From contig CM082580.2 in the NCBI GenBank assembly GCA_040954595.2, positions 12,166,909 to 12,230,908 on the forward strand: 64,000 bases of DNA, in the 5' to 3' direction. The position numbers and the translations under genes are program-made. Of the stretch, positions 1 through 13,882 are shown piece after piece; position 1 is the stretch's first letter, and the number at the start of each line of letters is the position of its first letter. The DNA comes from Balanoglossus misakiensis. Its lineage: Eukaryota; Animalia; Hemichordata. Under the pieces are notes generated by a model that saw only the letters and a program-made list of their open reading frames with translations, was not told the DNA's origin and searched no databases.

Positions 1-334
1 GGCCAACATCAGGTATGTCAAATTATAATTTAAATGTTTTGCTATTTTGCATATCCAATGTATTTGTTTTAATTTCAAAACACTTCATATCTGGTCGGTT
101 ATTACAGGAGCTCTGGTAGTGTTTATAGCGCTGCATTTATGCGATGAGGTCAGCATGTACGGCTTTGGATACGATACACGTTTCCCGCTGCATTACTATG
201 ACAACGAACCAGTAAATCTGAATCGGGCATCAGTTGGATCGCATGACGTGGACAACGAGCGCCGTCTCTGGCAACGAATGATGAATGAAAACGTTCTGCA
301 TTTTTATACAAGGCCCGATGAAGCACCGCGCTGA
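1..334 (+). CDS. GT29 sialyltransferase (ST3Gal-like), last two exons only; gene begins left of the window
   Basis: Exon 1-12 (PTS) joins via GT-AG intron 13-107 to exon 108-334, giving [24 protein letters not shown] (sialylmotif S), HYYD (motif III) and HDVDNE (sialylmotif VS), then TGA. Confidence 0.9.
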
Positions 335-697
335 CAGTACCGAAATTTGACTCTCAATTATTACATTTTACACTTTGATATATGTCAACAAAAGTTTGTC
401 AACATTATTTACAAATCATGGAAAATTAAAAACTTAATTCTTGTACATGTAATTATATAATTGTCTAAGTCCATTTAGACTGCGTTTGTACACATTTTAC
501 CTCAAATATTAAAACTCAATATTATTTTAAAATAAATTAAAGTTTATGTTGAATTGCTTGCACGACCGTTGTCACTTCTGTACATAAAATACTTCATTTG
601 TCATCGATTTCATTTATAATGTTCAGTTACGAAAGGAATAAGCCTGGCTGGTGCTGGAGTCGTTCCTTAACGTGCCCTATGGGGGCGCTGCACTGCG

Positions 698-729
698 GAA
701 TAGAATCCGAATCCGAATACGAATACGAG
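698..729. repeat. Short degenerate hexamer tandem (GAATCC/GAATAC) just upstream of the TMEM101 ATG
   Basis: gaatagaatccgaatccgaatacgaatacgag read directly. Confidence 0.6.
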
Positions 730-750
730 GTCAACTTCAGCAACGGCAAA

Positions 751-1978
751 ATGGCTGGCCCCAGACAGAAAACACTTTCGTGGTATTGGCTTGGGGACTT
801 TATTATCACTCGTTACCCTTACTGCAATGCTGTCTTGATGTTACTGTTATTTGCCGAGAGAGCGAAGCACGACAGGTAATACCCCATCAACTGTGCCAGT
901 AATGGAGCCAGATCTTTACTTTTATATTTACATGTACATGCACCTTACAACAATAGACTTGGGCGTGTACGTTCGTTCATTCATTCATTCGACCATGGCA
1001 TATCGACCGGTTGCTGCGGATCCGTTGCCCCACCATTCCCGCGATTGCCAACACAGAGAGCTAATGGAGTGGTGGAGCTACAGATCGACAGTGAATGGGC
1101 CGGATGATAATGCCTGGAAAGTTTAGTGTGATCGAATTTTGGTCCGAAATGTATGTTTCACAGCCAGCTGTGAAAGGCAATTGCCAGCCGGTCCCGGCGT
1201 GACTAGAAAACAAGCTATACATTTACAACATTTGCGTTTGTGTTCTTTCCTTATGGTAGGCATGAAGGATATCCTCGCCAATACATTTATGGTACCATTG
1301 GAACTTTGTTTGTACTTGGAACAATGATGGCGTTTAAAATGCAGAAGTCTCTTGGATCCCTGTTGTGTACAGTACATATGTTGGTGCACAGCTATCTAAC
1401 GCATACAAGTAAAAATCTGCATTTTGGAGAATGGCTCTCTGTAAGTATTCCATGTAACCTTTTATATGAAAAACTTTGCCGACCTGCCAATCTGTGATTG
1501 ATTTGAAATACCCATTTTATTTTACTTGCAGATGCGTATGGTGACAAGAAACTTAGCTGTAATGGGAGCATATCTGATCCTTGCCAGCAGACAACCAGAA
1601 CACCTTTCCAGAAGATCAAATGTACATTTCTTATATACTATTGGCAGATACATATATGGTGTCTTCTTGATATGCTATGCATATACTCTATACCACAGCA
1701 AAGAGGACTACAGAGCATTTAACAAATTGGTGCCCATGGGCCATCCTGTTTCTTTTGTAGTCATAGCCATAGTCGCTGCGGGTGGTATCAGTTTCCTGTC
1801 GGAGTACAAATTACAAAAAATGTGTCGAGTCCTTCTCATTGTACTGACATTTGCTACATTCTTCTTCGAGGGCAGTATAGAGTTTTGGTGGAGGCAGAAA
1901 TTTGTGGAATATTGGAACCAAGCATTGATACTGGCAGAGTCTGTAGTGGCGCTGGGAGTTCTTATGTTGTTTTGCTAG
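751..1978 (+). CDS. TMEM101: Transmembrane protein 101, 3 exons (751-875, 1260-1440, 1532-1978)
   Basis: Spliced product ITRYPY..LLLFAERA / HFGEWL / RMVTRNLAVMGAYLILAS / YTLYHSKEDYRAF / VEYWNQALILAESV is collinear with recalled TMEM101; canonical GT-AG boundaries. Confidence 0.9.
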
Positions 1979-3680
1979 TTTATGTAAAATTCTCAAGCAA
2001 AAAAATACTGGTCACAGTTATGTTAATCTTTTAAATGCCTTCAATGCACGACTCAGGAACCAAAACTACATTTAACACATTTCTAACCTACCTACTCTAT
2101 TTTATAGCAGGTTATCAGAACCACACACTTGGCCCTATAAGTTTATAATCAACACGCAGTGAATTTTACATGCAGTTTTCTTAGAGGTCCTTCAATGTAG
2201 CTGAATGCGACCACTCTGCATTTAGATATCTCTTCTATTTAACAAAAAAATGTACATGTATTTATTTCCTGTCTTGGAGATTATTCTGAATAAATATCTT
2301 GGTTATTTTGCAAGTTTAAAAAGGCTGTGATTTCTCGTTGTGGAAGGATATCCAAGTATTCACCGGTAAGCAAAAAGCAAGAGAAAAATACATCAAACAA
2401 TTCATTGTGCGTTCATGATCAGGTGTTTTTTATTGCTACATAATTTTGAGAAATAAGCTGTACACATACATTGAATTATATTCAGGATAATAGGACTGGG
2501 GAGAAAATACAAAATTCCAAATAAAGACCTAGTAGTAATTCCTTGATAAGCAGTTGCCCCAGAAATACTGAATAAAACAGACATCACAGCATTCAATCAC
2601 AAACTCACCGTCCACAAAATAACATTCCACACGTCCAAATTTACAAATGGATATTTTCTTCCCTGATGTCCTTTTCAATGGCCGTAGATTAAATGAAAAG
2701 TTTCCAGTTCACTAGACACAGGCATATCAAAATGTTGTGCGAAGAAACATATTTTGCACAAATTCAAAATGTTTAAAAGCAATTTAAAAGATACTGCTTC
2801 ACATCTGTGATGGATTTCTAACTGATGGAAAATACACACTGGAAAATATTTCATATTGTAATGTTCACATTTTATACAGTTTAAGGCATGCACATCATTT
2901 TAAACAAGGAGACAACACCTTCACTATCCGAGTATTCATTCAAGCATTCCATAGTTCATTGTCAAAGTTAGGTTACCATTTTATGTGTTATTACTTTTTT
3001 GCATCAATAAAATGAGAATTAATTGATTGATTTAAAATCGATTTTGCCTTTTCATTTGCTTAATATTCAACAAGGTATTATCTCTGTGTGCAATATCACA
3101 AGAGGAATATTCAATCCTATCACAGATGCTGGTTCAAACACTTGACTACATTTCCAACTTGGAGTCTGTCACCCTTGTAGTACACATTTGATAGAAGATG
3201 ATTTCAAATTTAAATGACACATGATAGAGAAATAATATGTAACATCTAATGTGTGGATCGCAGCTTTGATCCATGTTATAAGCAACTGATACATACACTG
3301 CTATTGCAAACGCTGAAAATTTGTACAAGCTTTGAAAATCCATTGAGAGTCCGCAAAATATCCATTCTGGGTACCAATATCAGTTATATAATAAGTTACC
3401 TAGTAAATATTTAAGACAGCTATGCTTTGACGTTACAGTTTCAGGGACAATGGCTACCAATTGTTCTTAAAATAGAAGTTTTGGGGTATAAATTATCCCT
3501 GTAGGAGTCTATAACTATGCATGTCTGAAAATGACATGAAATTTGTTCAGATGCATAAAGTGTTGGGAGTGATTCGTTGAGGTTATCAAAATTGACCTCG
3601 CCATAACCACTCTTGTACTTAATGATCTATACTTTATGTTCTGATATGGACTGACCCATTTCAAGACACGAATGTGCATT

Positions 3681-6520
3681 TTATTTCTCGAGTCGTCTTT
3701 TCTTACTTGTGTTCACATAGCTGTGATCACCGAGCGATCCTGCATGGTTATTACCCTGTGAGCCAATCACATATGGCCCCTCGCGCTTGTAACTCTGATT
3801 TGGGAGCTGGGTCTCCATCACTTCCTTGAAAAAGTCTTCCGTTTTTTCTTTGCAAAGAAGGACCTCAGAACCGGTCTACGGAAAGAAATTCAGAAAGACT
3901 TTGTTGCGTCACCAAATTTTCATCTATTTACCAGCAACCCGACCCACATGTAACCATGATTCATATTGCAAGCACGCAATAAACTTGTATAGTTGCAGTT
4001 CCAAAGCTTGTAAAACGAGGCTATCAAACTTAGTAAAGATACAAAACTGACTACCTAGTGAATTTCCTAACCTAACTGGCTAAGATGATTTATGAGTCAT
4101 GCCAACTTTTATACACGACAATAGTATTTTTACATTTCACGGAATTGTCTGATTGTATTTTGATTATTTGGTTATGAAGTGCTATGTATATCATTTGCTT
4201 ACCTTGTTGTAAATTTCAGCATTGTTGAAAACTTTCTTAATGTCATCAATGAAATCACTGACGTTTTTGTAGTCCAAACACAGACATTTATTCTTCATTG
4301 TTTGGAAGTCAATTGGGTCCAATATAATGTCGTAATAATCAGGAGCCTGTAATAGAGACAACAAAAAATAAGTTCTTACATTTCCCAAAACTACATTTGA
4401 TTTCATGAACAGTATGAAAATGAACCAGTTGATTTGTCTAGTCTAAAAGGGGCTTGTGTTCTGCCCAGATGACAATTTCTGCCTGGCTACTGGTCCAGGA
4501 GAAAAGTTACCATGAGGTCTTCATGTGTGGGATAAAGAACTTACTTCATCAAGTTCAACCGGTCTCCTGAATGGCCAACTGTACTTGTGTCTTATCAGCT
4601 TGTTTAAAATCTCCTCACAAACCTAGAAAAAAAATTAAAAAGATTAATCAAATTATGTCTAACTTTTCTGTACATTTATTCAAAGTTTGTGACGTTGGAC
4701 TGGGCTTAGTCCATCGGTGTTTAAGCCATGTCTGACCTAGCCTTGCCAAGCCGACTGTAGAAATTAATGGACTTGCCTTGAGATCATTTGAAGACCTCTG
4801 TGCTCTACCGCTGGATCGCCTGGTGTTTTCATCCGCATCCGAGTCAGCTGTTCGCTTCCTACCAATACTGCTGTTGGCAGAATTGCGAGAGCCTGTTGCT
4901 GTTTGCGTTTGGCTTGGTGTACTTGTCCTTTTGGATGATTTCCTTGCTGACTGACTAGCGGCTTGCTTCTTCTTCTTGATCGCTTGTTTTCTCTTGGACC
5001 GTGATCTTGTGGACCGACTGTTCAGGCATGGCGAACACACCCACTTCCCTCTGAAAAAAAATTAAAAGACGCACGATGTGAATAAAAAGTTGAATATGCC
5101 AGTTGTCATTCTTTACCAGTTGAACAACAAAATAAGTAACACAGAGTACCAATGAAAGAAACACATGTAAGAAAGAAATGTTTTACCTGGGGAAATTTCT
5201 GAGAGGAGGATCGTGACATTCTCTGTGATATGCTGATGGACATCTGGAACACAATACCAGTTCCTGGTCCTCCTCACAAACGCAACAAATTTCATCATGT
5301 TCCTCGTCTGACTGGGAATCTGAATAATCGCTCTGAAGAGAAAGAGAAGAAACTCTGTTTGAGTGAGTACAAAAGCATGTTTTAATGCCAAATAATGAAA
5401 AGTACAATGTATAACATAACACAGCAATGAGAGAGGGAGAGATTACTATTAAGAGTATGAACTCACATCAGAGTAATCTCCATTCAGTTCAGCATAGTCT
5501 CTTCCTCTTGTGTTCCTCCTGGCCACTGACGGCTGCAGCAAAATCAGAGAATCACGAGTCAATGGGATGCCACAGGTTTGGCACCCTTCAAATTCTCTAT
5601 CGTAACTTGGTATATGTATCCCTAAGTTCTCTTGATATGTATGTATGTATGGTGTGTCTGTCTGTGTCTATGTTTCCTTCCCTCAGTTCCTGTACCCTCT
5701 CCCATCCCCGCCGACCATACTGTAGCCCCCTTCTCCTCCCCATCGTATTGACCCAAGCACCCCCCTCCCCTTCTTCATCATACCTTACAAGCAGGACACA
5801 TCCAGTCTCCTTTGGGCACAGCAGACAATGCAGGTCTGAGACAATACAAGTGGAATGGTTGGTTGCACTCATCACACAGCAGCAGCTTATCTTCATTCAC
5901 TTTCTTTCTACAAATCTTACATTTCTGCGCAAGACAAGAAAAATGATAGACAGTTATCAATAAATGCATTTCAGAAAAGGCAAGCTTAATCTGATGGTAC
6001 ACTAATCCAAGATCTTGCCAAAACAGCTTCAAATCCAAAGATTTACTTACTGCATTTTCGGCCGATTTCTCCCATTTGATACAGGAATCCATGATCCCCA
6101 ACAAGACATGCAGTCTGGACATAGTGGAACATTCCTGTATAGCTTCTTGCCAACGTAAAACTTTCTTGGAGACACTTTCTGTTGGCTCCTCTGCAAGGAA
6201 AGATTCATCACTTTTTAATTTTAAATTAGCATTTATAAATTATTTATTATGATTTTCCTGCCACATCCCTTGATACTGATCGCCATCAAAAATAAATGTC
6301 CACGCAAAACATCCAACTCACCCTGCTCCTCATTATCATCATCCTCCTCCACATCTTCTACCATTTCCGCAGCTTCATTCACAGTCTCTGCCATTTTCTG
6401 TTTTCCTTTGCAAGGCGCCATGATTCCCTTCAGAAATCTTTCCAGAATGCTGGCTTGGGTCTCAATTAGCAGTGCCCCCTGTGAACGTGCCAAGACATTC
6501 AGTGACTTTTTACCCCTAGT

Positions 6521-6554
<34 letters not shown>

Positions 6555-9500
6555 GACCATGAAAGTATGATCTGAATTCAGTCTAAGATTGACTTATTTG
6601 TGTAATGCAATAAATGCAATAAATTTCACTGTTAATTAAACTTCTATCCTTGATATGTTCATTTCACAGAACCAGGACTGAACACAAACAAACTCACCAA
6701 ATCTTTCATTTTTGTGGCATTGCTCAACTTCTCCTCCCATTTTTCAGCATCGTCAACTCCACCAAGCCCGCCTTTTCTCAGCCGGTTCTCTGTTTCCATC
6801 AAATCCTGCTTGAAATTGTCCATCAGTTCCTTTTCGCCGTCACTGTCTCTCAGCCCTGGGGTGGCTCTCTTGCAGAGGTTGATTGACTTGACAATATCCT
6901 GGTATCGTTCTTTCATTACTGTGTAGAGGGTACTCTCTCTAATGCCTTGATTGTCTAGTGCCTCCATCAGACTGTCCAAATCCTTCTGACTGTCGTACTG
7001 GAACCACAGATTTTGACCAGTTTTGGGGACACTGCCAAAGGAGGCAATACAGTGTTATTCATGATAAAAATGACTGATTAATTAACAAGCTTCACCACAA
7101 ATGTATCAAATAATATTCTAAAAATATGGAAAAATGTTGATAAGTGATCAAAGAAGATACAGAACTTTCCAAGGACACACAAAATACTTCAAACAACTGA
7201 GCAAAATAAATGGGTAACATACGTTTGTTCCACAGGCTTCTTCTTTGGATTCTTGTTACTATTTTCCCCTTTATCAGTGTCTGTATCACCGTCACTGTCA
7301 TCACTGTTGCTGCTACTTGTGTCTTCTTTCTCTTCTTTGATCGTCGTCTGCACACAGTACTCTACGCAACTGTCAATCCAACCCTTCTCAACAAAGAGAC
7401 TTGGAACCACGTGGCTGAAGAGCCAATAGCGACTGTGATTACGGTCGGTGCCAATTGGCATTTGACGTAATGAGAGCTTGGCAGCATTTGTTCCTTCCTG
7501 TGGTAAAATGTGAGAAGGTCTGAGATTAGGATTTATTTTGCATTGAGTATCAGGGTTATATTTATTTGACACATGCTGAATATGACACTTTTCCTGAAGT
7601 GGACCTTTCCCAAAATCAAACTTCATTTTCTTACCTCAAATGCCCTCTCCTGTTGGTTTTCTGCCTTCTGCTTTTTATATTCTTCATATTCTTTCTGGCG
7701 CCTGCGAAACAAAAGTTGGTCTCATCAATTCATTTTATTTCTAATTCAGAAATCAACACATTAAAAATAATATTAATTCTCTTTGTTCCACCAACCGGCA
7801 TTTGACTTTTGACAAGTTCACTGCAACACAAAACATAATTCCTCCATACCTTTCTTTGTCCAGCCTCTCTTGTTCCAACTTAGCTGCTTTTTCTCTTGCA
7901 GCCAGTATGCGACGTCTCTTCACTATAGACGCAAGATCATTGTCATCTTCTGGAGGGAGGTCTTCCTCCTTATCTTCCTTTTTAACCGGGGGAGGTGGAG
8001 GTGGAGGAGAGGGTTTCTCCGGCAACTTTTTCCCTTTCTTCTTCTCCTCTTTATCTTTTTGCTCTTCTGAGGATGAGGGGGATAAAAACCAAGTCACTGC
8101 GGGTTTCTCCTCACCATTTTCTTTATAAAGCAGCATGGCTAATATTATTCATAATGTACATAACATCAAGTTTTGATTTCCTTACCTTCCTTCTTTTCTA
8201 AATGTTCCTCTTTCCCGTCATTCTGTCCTGCGTCATCTTTTTTCTGTTTCGCCGCGTCCCTTTCTTCCTTCTTCTTTTTCTTGACTGCTTTATCTTGATC
8301 TCTCTTTGCCCTCCTGCAAGAAGTGATCCAGGAATATTTCCGTATTAGTGCAGGATCGCAACCACCACTACTACATTGCATTCCATGACATTCTACACTT
8401 GATTGAATTGAATTCAAGTTGTACTCACGCAAGTTTTGCAGCAACGTTCTGTTTTTCTTCCATGAAATCTTGCACTGAAAATGACGACATGATTCTATGG
8501 CAGAGACCAACCATGACTTGCAACTTGTCTTGTGGTTCCAAATCATAGTATTCACAGTTCTCCAACTTTTCAATCAACTGAGGCTCCTACAGAAACAAGG
8601 AAGTTAATGTTTTAATATTTACTACAGTAACAACAGTATAATAACTTGCAACAGCAAATTCTCCATATACCGGGGTAGTCCAGAATTCTACATTCTACAG
8701 TTCTTAAACTCACCACATCGTTATCTTCAATCATTTCTTCATCGTCACTATCTTCACTTCGATCAATTTCTTCATCATGAAGTCGTAAACACAGCCTGAC
8801 AATCTCGGATGATGTGTACATGTTGACTGGAATATCCGATACAGCACATCCCAATTCTCTGTAATCCTGAAGAATGGAGAAATTCCATCAGGGTTAAAAA
8901 AAACATGGGAAACACTCCAAACACAATATCATGCATACATTTCCAGCTTCTATGATCACTACAAGTGTCAGTAAATATTAGGCCAAAAACATCAGTGAAA
9001 AGAGTAAACTACTGTTTGAAAAAGATCATACCTCCGCTATTCCATCTTGCAGTAATGTTTGTAAAAGAATGACCAGTACTCTTGACAGATAACCAAATCC
9101 TTCTTTGCCGTTCACCAAAGCTTTCATCAAACACTCTGAAAGAATAACAAGTAAGTGCACCATTTACAATCAATGATTTATCTTTATGGGTATTCATGTA
9201 TTCTCTTGCAATACAAACTAACGACTTTCACTGACCTGCGGTTACAGGGTATGGGTCATCGGGCATGAGCAGTTCAGCATAACAACTGATAAATTCCACC
9301 ACCATAGCAATGTCACCAAAGAGTGTATTCGGCAGTCTTTCTGGAAGTTGCACCAACTTTGGTATCGGCAACACCTTCAAATTCTGCAATTCCTGGTCTT
9401 CGTATCTCTGCACAGGAAAATCAAGATTGCGTCCATCAATTATTAAGTGTTATTTAAATTGAATTTTTAAGACGAATATTGCAAAAAAGATCAAAACATC

Positions 9501-12500
9501 ATCCTCACTCTAGCTTTTTCTTGTCTCAATTTCTTCTCATCTTCTAATTTCTTCTGTCTATCCAACTTGGCTTGCTGTTTCCTCTGTGCTTTCTTCTCCT
9601 GCATAGCTTTTTCACGTTCGGCCGGTGTCATCATTTTCCTGCAAATGTCCAAGAGTCCAATAATCATTATTTGTCCTTTATGTAACGATAATACACACAG
9701 AGAGACATGAAAACAGAAGCCAAAACGAAGGAACGCACAAGGCAGGGGTCTTACCATTTGATTCTTTCCATTCGAGCTTCAAATTTCTTCTGCACGTCCA
9801 TTCGGATATCATTATCACGAATTGCACTGATTCTTTGCATAGAGAGTTCTCGGACAGCTCGGCTTACTAGATGTTGGTACAATGTCTTATTCTGATCTTT
9901 CTTAGCTTTCTCCAACCTGCCACCATGACAACAAACAAAACATGTATATGTAATCCAGCTCTCTCAAGAAGAAACAGTCACTGCATAAGTGCAGCATATG
10001 AATACTTGTTGGCTTTCACTTCCAAGAAAAACAGCAAGACGAAGTATTTCATTACATCCTATATAAACAAGTTGGAAAACTCACCTCCTTGCTATCATTG
10101 GTTGCCGCGGTGATCTAGGAGACTTTGGTGGCTTCATTGGACTAGGAGTTCCTTTCTTTTCAACTTTCAAACCTTTCTTCTTTGCAATATCAAACAACGT
10201 CACTTGGACCTACAGAAATTAGAAAATGTTCGATTTCTTATGGGTTCAGTTCAGGAGAAAATTTCAACTGTCTGCAATGAGTGAATAGATGATAGCCGGT
10301 CACTCACTAGTCAAAATGCTTCACTGTCGCCTCTGCATGCCACCAGCTACAGACCTGATGTAAACCCTTGCTGCTGGAGGTATCAAATCCAACCATCCAA
10401 GAAGATACTTCAATCAGGATATTTACCTTTCTTGATTTTTGAGTCCCGGAAGCATTTTTCCTGGGTGATTTCTTTGGTGTTGCCTTCTTTGGTGACTTTG
10501 AAGTTTTCTTTTCTTTATTCCTTTTCTTTTCTGTCACTTTGCCACCTTTGTCCTTTTTCTTTCTGGTCTGTTTTGAATCCGCTTTTATTTTCTGCTTTGC
10601 ATCTTTCTTCTTGGGAGAAGAGAGTGGAGTAGAATTCCTTGAAGAGCCACTGCCTTTTTTGGGAGAGCTAGCATTGGAACTCAGATCAGCTTTGCCTTTC
10701 TGTTTGTCCATCATCCTTTTGAAAAAAATTAAAGGCATGGATCCAAAATCCGAATCTGAATCCGAATCTGATTCAGAACTTGAGGAGGTGAGATCACTCT
10801 GTTTTGCGTTGGCCGAGTTACTTTTCTTGGGACTTCTCCCTGGAGATGCGAGCTTTTTAAGTGAACTTGACACAAGTTTTGGACTAGATTTCTTTTTCGC
10901 AGATTCCTTAGGATTGCTAGATTTTTTGTTGTTCTTCCCGGGAGCTTTCTTCTTGGTTTTAGGATCCATTTTCGCCTTTTTTGCTGGTCTGCTAGTGGAC
11001 GATATAGATTTCCTTTTACCAAGGCCTCCGTCTGGTGAAACCTGATTACGGAAAAAAAAAACCAGAAAACCAAATAAGAATCCATTCAAATACAATCGAT
11101 CACGCTTCAGCTGGTCAATGACTCCCATAGAACAGATGATGAGCAGAAAATAGTGACTCAAAAGATGAGCAGAATCCTAATCGCTGAAACTGTTTACCTT
11201 TTTAGGTGCAAGCAAAAATTCAGCAAATTTGCTGGGCAGTGAATATTTTTTAACCAAATTGTCTTCCACAATCCACGGGCTGTTTGGATTGGTTCCAGCA
11301 CGGACTGCATGCGCTCGAATAAACAACTTGATCAGATCTTTGTTGGGAGTTCTATTCGCTCTCCTGTTGGAAAGAAGGAATGTTGGAATGATGTTACAGA
11401 AAAATTGCATTGCTCTATTATTTCTAGCAGTCTTTTCTTTTTAGATTTTCTACATTCCTTGTGAACATTTCAAAAGAATTGTTTAAGAAATACATAATGT
11501 ACTTACTTAAGGTCAGCAGCTGGCACAAAGCTAACAATCTTCCCTTCATTGGATAACTCCACACTGTACTTGTATAAATGCTGGAAAAGATATGTACAGG
11601 GTCTGATTACATTAAATGCAGGAGAGTACATAGATTGCAATACAGGTCTCTTTTAGTGACTATGTCCTACTAATGTTAGGCGGCCATTTTATTATTATTA
11701 TGGGTGAATTGTTGTAAATCATTGTGTCTCAAAATATTTGACTATGAGGCTGACCTTGTTGATTTGATCTTTCTTGGGAGAACTTGCGCCAGAAGATGAA
11801 CCCTCAGAGTTTTCCTTATCGCTGGATGGTGAGCTACAGTGACTGGGTTGCTAAAAAATCAACATTTATATGAACAATAAACACAAATGTAGAATATTTA
11901 AAGTGACATTTATATAGATAAAGGAGATTATGAGACAAATGTTTTTTGACGAAATGACAAACAGTAAAGATAATTCTTACCTCATCTTCTTTCAACTTTA
12001 AAACCTTTGCAACTTTCCCCTTTAAACTGTTCCGACAGAAATAAAAAAAATGTATGGATGAGTCTTCACAGTATACACCCCATCTTTAACAGAGAAATTC
12101 AAAATTCCGCAAACAACATTGTCGCTCATGTCCTGTCAGAGGTCACATTGACCTTGCTACTTACATCTTCCCTGTCACTTTGACTGTGAGTTCCACAGGT
12201 TCACCTTCTGCAAATATTGCATGCACGTGTTGATGGGATTTGTCCACTAAATTTTCCAGTGGAATTGTGTCTGGGTAAAACAAAATGCAATTATGATGTA
12301 GTGATTATTAAAAAACTGTACAATCATTACAATCACACTTGAGATCATATCGTGGGGTTTTCTCCCTTCGATTCAAAATGTACCGAGTTGATGAAGCCCT
12401 GAAACTGCAACTGCCATCATGTTTTTGTAAAAAATTGTGCCAGCTATACATGGCGAAAATGGCTTTTTTTTCTGAATAATCCAAAGCTGGCATGTGGCAT

Positions 12501-13882
12501 ACCCCCCCCCCCCTCCCCCGAAAAAAATAGGGAGAAAGCAATGACTTACTGTGATGGACAATCTCAAGGATTGACTTTTCAAAGTACACTGGGAAATGTT
12601 CATTGAGTTGCCTGTGTGCCCTCCTCTCTGATTGTTGGGCTTCTTGGTAAGTAAGTTCCAGCTTACCAGTACACTGACAAGTCCAGACATTATCTCCATA
12701 CAATTTCAGGCGTGATTTATACTCCCTGGAGGTATCAGTCAAGGAAATCTCTTCAAAGTCATCATGACGTCAATGATATTCAGAGTTAGCATAGACCCTG
12801 AAGTCTATGGTTTTAGTTAACACCCACGCATTATTTTCTTCTTGAACATGAAGGTTGATTTTACTGTTTACTTATGAGTAAAAAAATTCCACACAACTGG
12901 AGATTAGATATATAACCTGCTTGGTCCTGGAGTTTACAATTTGATTGAACCATAAATCCCTTGTTACATATGCAGATTACTGGGCGTCATGTTATGATGT
13001 AATTGATGATAAATTTCTGTCAGTTTCTGCAATCTTAAAGACTACACACGCCAGCAATACACATTAGTAAACATGTAAATTTCTATGTACATTTCTGTAA
13101 ACTCAAGGCCAAAGTGAACAATTATAAAATATTTTATTAATTTTTCCAATTCCCACATTACATTATTTGATAAATTAATGGCACTGGGAGCATTAACCTT
13201 CTCTTTGACTTAATTAACGACCTGCACATAATGCGAAAGACAGCGAGCGTATTCATCAATGGCGGCCGAAGAACGTCTGCGCTGTACAATGGCAATGCAG
13301 TACGTACGTATATGGATACACAGGCTATCAATGAACCACTCAAACATGGCAACCGCTGCATTCAACAATAGCGGCTGGCGCGAGAGGCATCCTTCAGATT
13401 TCCCGCTTCAAATATGACACAACAACAAGAAGTACGACCTTTGAAAATTGCAAGATTCGGTCCACAGACATCAAAAAAGCATCATTCTACTGTAAAACCC
13501 GGAAGTGATCAGACGAAAACGTCAAAATCATCGTTTTAAAATCGCGAGTTTATATCAAAATTCCTTTGTGTGGACATATATAGATTTCGCCTAAAGATCC
13601 AGTATTTCAAAAACATACCTTCATGGGTAGCAGAAGGAAACGCGGAAAAATGAAAAGAAACCATGAGCAATGCAATATATCAAGTCAAATTGAGAAAAAA
13701 AGACGAAAAAGTGACCACCGGTGTGGGCGGCCATATTGGATTTCCCCACCAGGGTCATATCAAGGATACTCCTTCGACCGAAATTCTTCTTTCGTGAAGT
13801 CAATAACATAAATCGGCTCGTCCGGCTTCTTGTCTTTTAGTGGCTTTGCCAATGTGTGGTTTCGACGTCCCAGCAGCGGCAT
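3681..13882 (-). CDS. BAZ1B: BAZ1B/WSTF chromatin remodelling subunit, multi-exon: WAC, DDT, WHIM/WSD, two PHD fingers, bromodomain
   Basis: MPLLGRR start; WAC (EYKSRLKLYGDNVWTCQCTG); BAZ1B-type RAGTNPNSPWIVEDNLVKKYSLPSKF; DDT (LPNTLFGDIAMVVEFISCY); PIGTDRNHSRYWLF; QGIRES; PHD (CKICRKK..CDECNQPFHLYCLRP..WMCPAC); bromodomain (SWPFRRPV..APDYYDII..VFNNAEIYN); TAA at 3683-3681. Confidence 0.95.
4623..4776 (-). other. GC-AG intron in BAZ1B
   Basis: Donor AAG|GCAAGT at 4776 and acceptor TTTTCTAG|GTT at 4623 give SSNDLK-VCEEIL, matching the spacing of the bromodomain start. Confidence 0.75.
6523..6553. repeat. (TCAA/ATCA)n microsatellite in a BAZ1B intron
   Basis: Tandem tcaa units read directly. 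Confidence 0.9.
12726..13769 (-). other. U12-type (minor spliceosome) GT-AG intron 1 of BAZ1B
   Basis: Donor GA|GTATCCTTG, branch point TTCCTTGAC ending 12 nt before the 3' splice junction (CAG|); splicing restores RSKE-EYKSR. Confidence 0.92.

Noticed and set aside
698-729. Hexamer repeats as CRISPR-like or coding repeats
   Set aside because: No spacers, eukaryotic context, and only a few degenerate units.
10539-11045. Long + strand ORFs rich in F/L/S (also 7802-8128, 24551-25024, and the - strand ORFs 17900-18313 and 32417-33166)
   Set aside because: They are antisense shadows of real coding exons (BAZ1B, zinc finger, GEN1, amylase).
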